A DNA stretch of 64,000 bases from Deltaproteobacteria bacterium (lineage in GTDB: Bacteria > Myxococcota_A > Polyangia > Nannocystales > Nannocystaceae): the NCBI GenBank assembly GCA_016712475.1, contig JADJRA010000001.1:1477414-1541413 (forward strand). The letters run 5' to 3'. Position numbers and translations under genes: made by a program. Numbering within the stretch: the first letter of the stretch is position 1; each line of letters opens with the position of its first letter. The notes under the pieces are model-generated. The model saw only the letters and a list, made by a program, of their open reading frames with translations. It had not been told where the DNA came from and did not search any database. This document shows, piece after piece, positions 1 through 8,171 of this stretch.

Positions 1-999
1 CAGGCCGGTGACGCCGACGTACGAGGTGAGCACCGCGCCGGACAGCACCAGCACCGCGTCGACGCTGACCCACGTGCGCAGCACAGGACCCATGGCCACG
101 TCGCCCATCTGCGCGAGCATGTCGGGTGGCACCGTGGTGATGACGACCAGCGGCAACAAGCCCAGACTCAACAGCGAGATCAGCGGGTTGAAGGTCGCGA
201 CCGCGAGCCACATGTTGCGCAGGGTCTTGGGAAAGACCCCGGGCTTCTGCTCCTCGATGAAGTTGGCCGAGCTCTCGAAGCCGGAGATCCCGAGCATCGC
301 CGCGGCGAAGCCGTAGAACAGCGCGTGTGAGAGCCCTCCCGGCGGCGGCTCGCCCCAGTTCGCCGACAGCAGCGAAGGGTCGCGGATGATGGTGATGATG
401 CCGGCGATGCACAGCACCGTCAGCGTCACGATGTGGAAGAAGAAGATCGCGACGGCGACGACCGCCGACTCGCTGATGCCGACGACGTTCAGGAACGCGA
501 ACAGCCCCAGCAACCCGATCGTGGCCCAGAACACGTCGAGTCCGGCCACGAGGTTGTGGGCGTAGTGCATCGCCTCGCCGGCGCTGATGACCGCAGTCGC
601 GACGTACGACAGCAGCGTGAGCACGGCCGCACCCGCGGCGAGCTTCTTGTTGGTGGTGTTGAGCAACACGGTGTACGTGCCACCGTTGAGGGGCAGCGCG
701 CTGCCGACCTCGGCGTAGACCGTGCGGAACAGGTACAACACCGCCGCGACCACCGCGAGCACGATCGGCGCGTAGCGCCCGGCCTGGGCCGCGCACAGTG
801 CCGAGACGTAGAGGCAGCTCGAGGTGATGTCGTTGCCGCAGATCGCAGTCGACGCCCACGTGCCCAGGTAGTTCTTGTGGGGCTGGTCGAGGTGCTTGAC
901 CGCGACCTTGGAGGTGTCCAGCCCCGTCAGTCGCGTGGCGGTGCCCCAGCCCGCGAAATCCCACGACTCGGAGGTGGATGCAGCGGGATCGTCGGCCAT
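1..999 (-). CDS. APC-family amino acid/polyamine permease (3' end runs off the window)
   Basis: Reverse-strand ATG at 999 (forward cat 997-999). Translation MADDPAASTSESWDFAGWGTATRL... continues without stops to position 1 and contains many hydrophobic helices (e.g. AVAIFFFHIVTLTVLCIAGIITII). High GC3. Not in the ORF track because the stop lies outside the window. Confidence 0.7.
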   Translation of the reverse strand, partial: MADDPAASTSESWDFAGWGTATRLTGLDTSKVAVKHLDQPHKNYLGTWASTAICGNDITSSCLYVSALCAAQAGRYAPIVLAVVAAVLYLFRTVYAEVGSALPLNGGTYTVLLNTTNKKLAAGAAVLTLLSYVATAVISAGEAMHYAHNLVAGLDVFWATIGLLGLFAFLNVVGISESAVVAVAIFFFHIVTLTVLCIAGIITIIRDPSLLSANWGEPPPGGLSHALFYGFAAAMLGISGFESSANFIEEQKPGVFPKTLRNMWLAVATFNPLISLLSLGLLPLVVITTVPPDMLAQMGDVAMGPVLRTWVSVDAVLVLSGAVLTSYVGVTGL

Positions 1000-1065
1000 G
1001 GGCAGGCCGGCACTGTATCGCATCGCGTTCGCACGCGCGATCGCGCCCGCCCACGTGCGAACACG

Positions 1066-2424
1066 CTACAGCGTCAGCGGCCCCGACGTGAACTCCGGCG
1101 CGCCGAAGCTCGCGTCGCCCAGCCCGAGCAACCCGATGAACGTGCTGTAGAGATCGCCGGTGGTGCGGCCGGGTTGCGGTGAGTGGCGACCGGTCTGCAG
1201 CGCGCCACCGACCCGGCCCGCGAGCACGATCGGCAGATCGTAAGGGCTGTGCGTGGCGCCGCTGCCCATCTCGGCGGTGGAGTAGAGCAACATGTTGTCG
1301 AGCAACGTGCCGTCTTGATCGGGCATCGCCGCCAGCTGATCGATGAGGTACGCCAGCTCGCCCATGTACCAGGTGTAGACCGCGCGCGGCACCGAGACGT
1401 CGCCCATGTTGGGGATGTCGTGCACCATCGCGTGCCAACCGGTGTAGGCCCCGGGCACGCCGACGCCGAGCCACGGGAACGTCGGGCCGTCGTAGTTGGT
1501 GTACTGCAGGGTGCCGACGCGGGTGAGGTCGCAGGCCAGCGCCATCACCATCAGATCGATGAGCACGCGCGACGAGACATCGTCGCGGTTGGCATCCCAC
1601 GCGCTGCCGTAGGGGTTGGTGTCGTAGTCGCCGGGCAGGTTCAGCATCGGCGTGGTGCAGCCGGCACCCGCCTGGCCCTCGTTGCCGAGCTGCATCTCGA
1701 GCGCACGGATCTTGTCGGCGTGGTTCTCGAGCGTCATGCGATCGGCCGCGCTGACCTTGGGCGAAAGCCCGTCGAGCGAGCCGATCACGGTGTCGAGCAC
1801 GCTCTGCCGCCGCGCATGCAGCCGCGCGATGGTGGTCGCCGGCAACATCGGGTCGACCTCGAGGTCCGAGAACAGCTGGTTGAAGATCGCGGTGGGCTCG
1901 GTGTCCGACGGCACTGGATCCGCCGCACCGGCGTAGATCGCCTGGTACTCGCCGAGGTTGCCCCCGCCGATCGCGAACTGCAACGAGCGGTAAGGCGTGG
2001 GCGCGGCCATGCGATTGGCGATCTCCTGATCGATCGACGGCCCGTCGGGCATGGCGTTGTTGAAGGTGTTGTGCGCGCTGGTGAAGATGCTGTGGCCGTT
2101 GCTGATGTGGCCGTTCTCGCCGTAGGCCGCGCCGGCTTCGTTCGCCACCTGCGACACCACCACGATGTCGGACTTGCGGCTCTCGAGCGGCGAGAGGATC
2201 GACGACAGCACCATCGCGTTGTTGGGGCCGCTGGGCGACCACTCGTCGTTGAGCGTGCCCTCGACGTGCATGAACTGCAGGTAGCGCAGCGTCGGTTCGC
2301 CCGCGGCGCGCGCCTGCTGCATGCTCTCGAGGAACGGCAATGCCACCGCGATGCCACCGGCGCCACGGAGGAAGTTGCGCCGCGTGGTGCGGCCGCGCGA
2401 GACGGGACCTGGACGTCGGAGCAT
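1066..2424 (-). CDS. DUF1552-family protein with twin-arginine (Tat) signal
   Basis: ATG at 2424 (cat 2422-2424), in frame with ORF 1066..2799. N-terminus MLRRPGPVSRGRTTRRNFLRGAGGIAVALPFLESM is a Tat signal. Body resembles DUF1552 proteins that pair with DUF1592 in Planctomycetes and Myxococcota. Start lies 3 nt before the upstream gene's stop. Confidence 0.75.
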   Translation of the reverse strand: MLRRPGPVSRGRTTRRNFLRGAGGIAVALPFLESMQQARAAGEPTLRYLQFMHVEGTLNDEWSPSGPNNAMVLSSILSPLESRKSDIVVVSQVANEAGAAYGENGHISNGHSIFTSAHNTFNNAMPDGPSIDQEIANRMAAPTPYRSLQFAIGGGNLGEYQAIYAGAADPVPSDTEPTAIFNQLFSDLEVDPMLPATTIARLHARRQSVLDTVIGSLDGLSPKVSAADRMTLENHADKIRALEMQLGNEGQAGAGCTTPMLNLPGDYDTNPYGSAWDANRDDVSSRVLIDLMVMALACDLTRVGTLQYTNYDGPTFPWLGVGVPGAYTGWHAMVHDIPNMGDVSVPRAVYTWYMGELAYLIDQLAAMPDQDGTLLDNMLLYSTAEMGSGATHSPYDLPIVLAGRVGGALQTGRHSPQPGRTTGDLYSTFIGLLGLGDASFGAPEFTSGPLTL

Positions 2425-2426
2425 GG

Positions 2427-4151
2427 TCAGCCCTCCACCTTGCGGGTGCGGAACGCCTCGCTGCGCGCGAGCGCGACCAACAGCGTGGGGATGTCGCCGC
2501 CGGCGGCGACGAACTCGGGTGCGAACGAATCGACCACGCAGTCGTCGACCGCACCGGGCTCGAGGCCGAAGCCGAACTGATACAGCTGGCTGGCGAAGCA
2601 GGTCGTGACCTCGTCGCTGGCCGCGAGCTTGGCTTGGAGCTCGACCACCCCGTGGAAGCTGCCGGTCACCGCCGCCGGGCCGCCTTGCACGTCGCCGCTG
2701 TTGTCGATTGCGCTGCCGTCGACATCGACGGTGCGCAGGCCACCGATCGCATCGTAGTCCTCGAAGCCGAGGCCGATCGGGTTCATGAGGCTGTGGCAAC
2801 CGCCACAGTTCATGTGGTTGATGAGGATCTCGGTGCGCTCGCGCTCGGTCGAACCCTCGGGGTACTCGGGCACGTTCGCCATCGCATCGGCGGGTGGCGG
2901 CGGAATCGGCTCACACAGCAGCTGCGTGCGCACGACCTCGCCGCGGAAGATGGACCCGGTGTCGTTGCGGTGCGAGTGTTCCGCCAGCAGGGCGGGCCGC
3001 GTGAGCAGACCGCCGCGTTCCTCCGGCAGCGTGACGCTGGCCCAGGTGCCGGGCGCCGGCGCGTCGACGCCGAACAGGCCCGCGACCTCGGCATCGACCT
3101 CGCTGCGGTTCGAGGTCAACAGCTGCGCGAGCGTGGGCTCGTCGCTCGCGAGCACGCCTTGCACGAAGCGCGAGAGTTCTTGATCGATCGACGCCGAGAG
3201 CTCGGCGGTGAACTGGGGGTAGACCGCGGTGTCCTTGTCGTAGGTGGGCACGCCGTCGTAGTGGTTCCACTCGCGGACGAAGCGCTCGATCGCGGGGCCG
3301 CTGCGCGAGGTGTCGGCGAGCATGCGCTCGGCCTGCGCGGCGATCTCGTCGGGGTCCTGCAGGCTGCCCGCGGCCGCGGCCGCGAACAGCTGGTCGTCCG
3401 GCATCGAGTCCCACAGCAGGAACGACAGCCGCGTGGCGATCTCGTAGTCGCCGAGCGCGATCACGCCCGGCGCGATCTCGTCGCCGCCACGCTCGACCAA
3501 GTAGAGGAACTGCGGGGACTGCAGCGCCGCCGCGACCACCGCTCCGATGCCGTCGGCGAACCCGTCGGTGGCGGCCGCGTCGACGTACAGCGCCAGCAGT
3601 GCGGCGCGCTCGTCGTCCTCGAGCGGGCGCCGGAACGCCCGCGCGCCGAACTCGTCGATGAAGGCCTCGGCGCAGCTCTGATCCTGTGCACCGTCGCAGG
3701 TGACGACCGCGTCGACGTCGTCGATGATCTGCACGGCGACGTCTTCGGCGGCGGTGAGCAGGTCCATCGCGGTCGGCAGCGACACCACGTTGAGGCTGGG
3801 GTTGTTGCTGTAGTTCTTGTGGGTCTGGGTCTCGGGGAACGCGGCGCTGGGCGTGATCGCGCCGTCGAACAGCGCGGTGACGGTGTTGCGGTACTGCACC
3901 GCGGTCAGGCGTCGCATCGGAGCCGGACCCGCCACGGGCCCGTCGCCGCACGCCGCACTCGCGCCACCGCTGTCCGAGCCCGAGCCATCGTCGGCCGAGC
4001 CCGCCGAGCCCCCCTCGGCGCCGGCGGTGCCATCCGCCGCGCCGGCGGAGCCAGCATCACCGACCCCGTGGTAGCAGCCGGGGGCCGTGAGCCCGAGCCA
4101 ACCACAGATGGACGCGAGCGTGACGAGCGGGGCGTTGCTTCGACGTGTCAT
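2427..4151 (-). CDS. DUF1592/DUF1588/DUF1585-family protein with CxxCH heme-c-like motif
   Basis: ATG at 4151 (cat 4149-4151) inside ORF 2427..5039. MTRRSNAPLVTLASICGWLGLTAPGCYHG is signal-peptide-like and is followed by a Gly/Ser/Asp low-complexity linker. Contains NCGGCHSLMNP (CxxCH). ORF N-terminal extension upstream of 4151 is Arg-rich junk. Confidence 0.7.
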   Translation of the reverse strand: MTRRSNAPLVTLASICGWLGLTAPGCYHGVGDAGSAGAADGTAGAEGGSAGSADDGSGSDSGGASAACGDGPVAGPAPMRRLTAVQYRNTVTALFDGAITPSAAFPETQTHKNYSNNPSLNVVSLPTAMDLLTAAEDVAVQIIDDVDAVVTCDGAQDQSCAEAFIDEFGARAFRRPLEDDERAALLALYVDAAATDGFADGIGAVVAAALQSPQFLYLVERGGDEIAPGVIALGDYEIATRLSFLLWDSMPDDQLFAAAAAGSLQDPDEIAAQAERMLADTSRSGPAIERFVREWNHYDGVPTYDKDTAVYPQFTAELSASIDQELSRFVQGVLASDEPTLAQLLTSNRSEVDAEVAGLFGVDAPAPGTWASVTLPEERGGLLTRPALLAEHSHRNDTGSIFRGEVVRTQLLCEPIPPPPADAMANVPEYPEGSTERERTEILINHMNCGGCHSLMNPIGLGFEDYDAIGGLRTVDVDGSAIDNSGDVQGGPAAVTGSFHGVVELQAKLAASDEVTTCFASQLYQFGFGLEPGAVDDCVVDSFAPEFVAAGGDIPTLLVALARSEAFRTRKVEG

Positions 4152-4295
4152 GCGCGTGCGCGAGAGGAGAGACGCACCTCGCCGGAAGCGGGTGAACGTT
4201 TCTCGGCCGCGCGCGGGCGATTCCCTGGCCCTCGCCGACATGGCATCGTGGCGCACGAACGCTGCAGTCGCGCGCGCTAGCGCCCGGCGACTCGC

Positions 4296-5396
4296 ATGCG
4301 GCGTGCAGCCTTTGCGATGATCGTCCTGGCCTTCGCCCTTGCGACCCTGCTGTCTGCGACGCCGGCCGAGCCCGCAGCGCAGCCGCGACGCGTGGTCGTG
4401 CAGGTCGCCGAGACCGATGGCGTTGCGGCCGCGGAGCTGGCCGCGTTGGTCGAGCGGCATGGCCTCGCCGAGCCGCCACCGATGCAGGTCGCGCCCGACG
4501 ACGGCACGCGCGCACGCCTGACGACCGCACGGGCGCAGTGCGACGCTGCGCCCACCGTGGCGGTCTTCTGGCTCGATGCGCGGCGCAATGACGAGTGGCG
4601 AGTGTACGCCCTGCCCTGCGACACCGGCGCACCGTTGGTGCGGGAGATCGTGGTCACGCGCGGCGAGGAAGAGGCCTCGATCGAGGCCGCGTGGGTCATC
4701 ATGCGATCCTCTTCGGTGGCGATCGCCGAGGGTCACGAGGTCGCGATGCAGGGCGCCGATCCGGCGGCGATCGATCCCCCGACGGCGCCACCACCCGCGG
4801 CCGCGAAGCCGAGCCCGGTGGCACCGCCACCACCCCGCGACGCGCCGAAGCGGCCACTGCGATGGCAGCTCACCGCGGGCTACGGCGGCGAGGCCATGTC
4901 GACGCGCCCGCGGTGGCGCAACGGCGTGCTCGCGCGGCTGTCGTTCGCACCGCGGCCACGCCTGCGGCTTGCGCTGGGCTACGCACTGCTGCTGCCCGCC
5001 ACCCGCGACGAGCCCGCAGGCTTCACGTGGTGGCAGCACCAGATCGGGCTGTGGATCGCCGCGGCGCTACCGGTGCATCCCCAGCTGGCGCTCGAGCTGC
5101 GCGCGGGGCCGGAGCTCGAGCTGGTCCGGTGGCGCTCGCAGGCGGATGTCCGCGGGCGCGTGCGCGCCGTGCCGAGGGTCGGCGCCGATGTGGGTCTGCA
5201 GCCGGTGCTGGCGCGCGGGCGTCGGACCGTGCTCGCCCTCGATGTCGGGGTCGGGCTCGCGATCGCGCTCGTCGACGTCGACTTCGTGACCTGCGCGACG
5301 GCGGCGGCGGCGTGCGCCGGGGCCGACCGGCGGGTGGTGCTCGACGCCTGGCGCGTGCGTCCCAGGGCACGCGCGGGCCTTTCCGTGCAATTCTAG
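4296..5396 (+). CDS. hypothetical secreted/outer-membrane-like protein
   Basis: ATG start, N-terminal signal peptide MRRAAFAMIVLAFALATLLSA, Pro-rich linker (PPTAPPPAAAKPSPVAPPPP), C-terminal half rich in alternating hydrophobic residues. High GC3 throughout. No family recognised. Confidence 0.45.
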   Translation: MRRAAFAMIVLAFALATLLSATPAEPAAQPRRVVVQVAETDGVAAAELAALVERHGLAEPPPMQVAPDDGTRARLTTARAQCDAAPTVAVFWLDARRNDEWRVYALPCDTGAPLVREIVVTRGEEEASIEAAWVIMRSSSVAIAEGHEVAMQGADPAAIDPPTAPPPAAAKPSPVAPPPPRDAPKRPLRWQLTAGYGGEAMSTRPRWRNGVLARLSFAPRPRLRLALGYALLLPATRDEPAGFTWWQHQIGLWIAAALPVHPQLALELRAGPELELVRWRSQADVRGRVRAVPRVGADVGLQPVLARGRRTVLALDVGVGLAIALVDVDFVTCATAAAACAGADRRVVLDAWRVRPRARAGLSVQF

Positions 5397-5441
5397 GCGG
5401 GTGGCGAGGTTCATTCACCCGGATCGGGGGCCCGGTGCCTC

Positions 5442-6074
5442 TTGGTCGATGTGGGCCACGCCCTCGCACTGCCCTGGACCTTCGCCGCACCGGAGGACCA
5501 GACCTTGAGCCACGAGGCCGACGTGGCCCTGTTGCGCGCGGCGCTGCGTGCCGATGCGCGCGCGCAGCTCGAGCTCGTGCGTCGACTGACGCCGACGTTG
5601 CGCGCCGTCGCGACCGCGATCCTCGGGCGGGGTGGTGATGCCGACGACGGCGTGCAAGTGTCGCTCATGCGAGTGCTCGAGCGTGCATCGACCTACCGCG
5701 GCGATGCATCACTCGAACGCTGGGCGCGCACGGTAGCCGTGCGCGCGTGCCTGCGGCTCGCGGAGTCGGCTCGCCGCCACGACCGCACCGACGACGCGAT
5801 CGAAGATCACGCCGAGCCCGAGGACGGCGACGACGCGCTGATCGAGACCCTGCCGGGGCCGCTCGAGAACTACCTCGAACAGCTGCCGGCGGCGCAGCGA
5901 CAGGCGCTGTTGTTGCGCCACGCGCTGGGCTACTCGGTGGTCGAGATCGCCGAGCTCACCAGCGTGCCGGTCGACACCATCAAGTCGCGGCTGCTGTTCG
6001 GCCTTCGTGCGCTGCGCAAGTCGATCCGACGCGACTCGTTCGTGGCCCGCGCGATCGGGGGCCACCGTGGCTGA
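5442..6074 (+). CDS. RNA polymerase sigma-70 factor, ECF subfamily
   Basis: Sigma region 2 and region 4 features (GDADDGVQVSLMRVLER..., QRQALLLRHALGYSVVEIAELTSVPVDTIKSRLLFGLRALRK). Stop TGA at 6072-6074 overlaps the GTG of the next gene. Confidence 0.75.
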   Translation: MVDVGHALALPWTFAAPEDQTLSHEADVALLRAALRADARAQLELVRRLTPTLRAVATAILGRGGDADDGVQVSLMRVLERASTYRGDASLERWARTVAVRACLRLAESARRHDRTDDAIEDHAEPEDGDDALIETLPGPLENYLEQLPAAQRQALLLRHALGYSVVEIAELTSVPVDTIKSRLLFGLRALRKSIRRDSFVARAIGGHRG

Positions 6075-7197
6075 GTCGTTCGAGCACGAGCGCGACGCGG
6101 TGACCGACGGCCTCGCGGCGTTCGGCCGGCTCGAGCCCGCCCGCGACGACGACCTCGCGCGCGGACTCGCGACCGTGCAGGCGTTCGCGCTGACGCAGCG
6201 ACGTGGTGCACGCATGCGTGCGATCGCCATCGGCGGACTCGCAGCGGCTGCAGCCCTGGTGCTGGCCGTCGCAGTGGCGCCACGGCTGCGCGCGTCGGGC
6301 TACGCGGTCGAGCAGGGCGAGTTCCTCGTGCAACAGGACCGCGTGCTCGACGGCAGCAGCGTCGCGCGCGGCGAGTGGGTCGAGGTCGGCGCGAACACGG
6401 CCTGCCTGCGGGTCGCGCGGGCACGGGTGTGCGGCGAGCCCGGCACGCGCCTACGCGTGCTCGACGATCGGCGCATCGAGCTCGACCACGGTCGCGTGCA
6501 GATCGACGCAGCGATCGCGGTCGAGACCACCCGCGGGGTCGTCGAGGGCCGCGACGACGGCCTCGTCATCGCGCTCGACGGTGGCGCGCTGGTGCTCGGC
6601 GAGTTTGCGGCGACGCTCTCGCAGGGCTCGCAGCGCATCGAGCTGGCCCCCGGCACCACGTTGGCGGCCGAGCCCGAGCCGGGCGCGACGACGCTCGCAC
6701 GACGCCCTGCGACGGACACCAGCGCCGACGAGCCGGCGATCACGTTGCTCGACGACACCGCGAGCAGCGAGACCCGACCCACGCCGCGCAAGCCCAGCTC
6801 GCGGGACTCCGCGCGCGCACCGGCGATTCCGTCGGCGGGCGACATGCTGGCGGCCGCGCGCGAGCTGGCCGCCAAGGGCGAGCTGGCAGCGGCTGCGAGC
6901 GCCTATCAGAAGCTCGTGACGACGTACCCCAGCGCGGGTGAGTCCCGCGCCGCGCTGGTCTCGCTCGGTCGCGTGCAGGCCTCGCGCGGGCGCCACAGCG
7001 CCGCGCTCGCAGCCTTCGAGCGCTACCTCGCCGACGGCGGTGGGGCGCTGGCCGAGGAGGCGCAGTACGGTCGCATCCAGGCGCTGCACGCCCTCGGACG
7101 GGTGGCCGCCCGCGATCGTGCGATCGACGAGCTCGCGCGCGAGCACCCCCGCAGCGTGTATCTCACCAAGGCCCGCGCCCTCGCGACGCCGAGGTGA
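6067..7197 (+). CDS. anti-sigma factor (single TM, FecR-like periplasmic domain, TPR-like C-terminus)
   Basis: GTG at 6067 inside ORF 6007..7197 gives VAESFEHERDAVTDGLAAF. It overlaps the sigma stop as GTGGCTGA. TM segment AIAIGGLAAAAALVLAVAVA. FecR-like stretch GEWVEVGANTACLRVARARVCGEPGTRLRV. C-terminal TPR-like AAASAYQKLVTTYPSAGES. Confidence 0.7.
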   Translation: MAESFEHERDAVTDGLAAFGRLEPARDDDLARGLATVQAFALTQRRGARMRAIAIGGLAAAAALVLAVAVAPRLRASGYAVEQGEFLVQQDRVLDGSSVARGEWVEVGANTACLRVARARVCGEPGTRLRVLDDRRIELDHGRVQIDAAIAVETTRGVVEGRDDGLVIALDGGALVLGEFAATLSQGSQRIELAPGTTLAAEPEPGATTLARRPATDTSADEPAITLLDDTASSETRPTPRKPSSRDSARAPAIPSAGDMLAAARELAAKGELAAAASAYQKLVTTYPSAGESRAALVSLGRVQASRGRHSAALAAFERYLADGGGALAEEAQYGRIQALHALGRVAARDRAIDELAREHPRSVYLTKARALATPR

Positions 7198-7248
7198 GGC
7201 GAACGCGGGCCCCAGCCCGTGCGGCCCGTCACAATCCCTGTCGAGGGA

Positions 7249-8049
7249 CTAGTTGGCGCAGACCTCGAGCTCGTCGACCATCATGGTCGTCGGCGTCGGG
7301 TTGTCGGCGTAGGTCTGCGCCATCACCAACGCCGCGGCATCTACGAGATCGCCGAGCATGTCCGCCTGCGTGATGCTGGTGTACGTCACGCCGTCGTCGG
7401 AGGTCTCGAAGTGCACGACGGTGCCGTCGGCGCGCAGCCCGATGAACGCGGGGTACGGCGCCACCGGGAACGCCTCGTGATAGATCGAGACCTCGGCCTC
7501 GCTGGCGTCGGTGATGACCTCGCCGCCGCTCAGCTCGATCGAGATCGACCGCACGTCGTTGAGCACGGTGAGGAACTGCAGCTCGGGCCGCGTGGGATCC
7601 GGCGGCGTCACCACGCGCATTCGCACGGTCGCGTTGCTGAACGGGAACACGTGATCGAACGCGCTGACGATGCCGGTGTCGAACACGCCGGTGGTCGGCG
7701 GCCGCAGCTTGAGCACGCCTGCGGCTTCGAGCAGCTCGGCATCCGGCTCCTGCCACGTGTTCCACATCGCGTCGATCACGTCGTTCTCGAAATCGTCGCG
7801 GTAGCAACCCGGCGGCATGAAGCCACCGCCATCGAGCGCGGTGGTGCTGCCGTCCGCGCTCCCGGTGCCGGTGCCGTTGCTGCCCTCGCTGCTGCTACCG
7901 CCGTCGCTGCTCCCGCCGCTCGTCGGTGAGAAGGTCGCGACGCTGGTCGGGCCCATCGAGGTCCCGCTCTCGAACGCACCCACGACCTCGTCGCCGCACC
8001 CGCAGGTCAGCGCAGCGACGACGAGCAACGCGATCCGGGTGCGAGGCAC
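7249..8049 (-). CDS. hypothetical lipoprotein
   Basis: GTG at 8049 (forward cac 8047-8049) gives (M)PRTRIALLVVAALTCGCGDE, a lipoprotein-type signal. A Ser/Gly/Asp linker follows, then a protein-like C-terminal domain. Upstream part of ORF 7249..8445 is Arg-rich junk. Confidence 0.5.
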   Translation of the reverse strand: MPRTRIALLVVAALTCGCGDEVVGAFESGTSMGPTSVATFSPTSGGSSDGGSSSEGSNGTGTGSADGSTTALDGGGFMPPGCYRDDFENDVIDAMWNTWQEPDAELLEAAGVLKLRPPTTGVFDTGIVSAFDHVFPFSNATVRMRVVTPPDPTRPELQFLTVLNDVRSISIELSGGEVITDASEAEVSIYHEAFPVAPYPAFIGLRADGTVVHFETSDDGVTYTSITQADMLGDLVDAAALVMAQTYADNPTPTTMMVDELEVCAN

Positions 8050-8171
8050 GGGAGCCCACAGCGTAGACGCATCGGCCGGTGGAGCCAATCCGCGATCACC
8101 AAAACCCTCGCCCGGCCGTGGAACCAAACCCGCCGCACCGTGTCCTTGACCGCCACCGGAGCGACGACGTG

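Noticed and set aside
2340-4280. Long plus-strand ORFs (2340..4280, 2785..3183) and minus ORF 2911..3951 overlapping the DUF1592 gene
   Set aside because: Arg/Ala/Gly-dominated translations typical of antisense frames in 70% GC DNA. The opposite strand carries a clearly protein-like gene.
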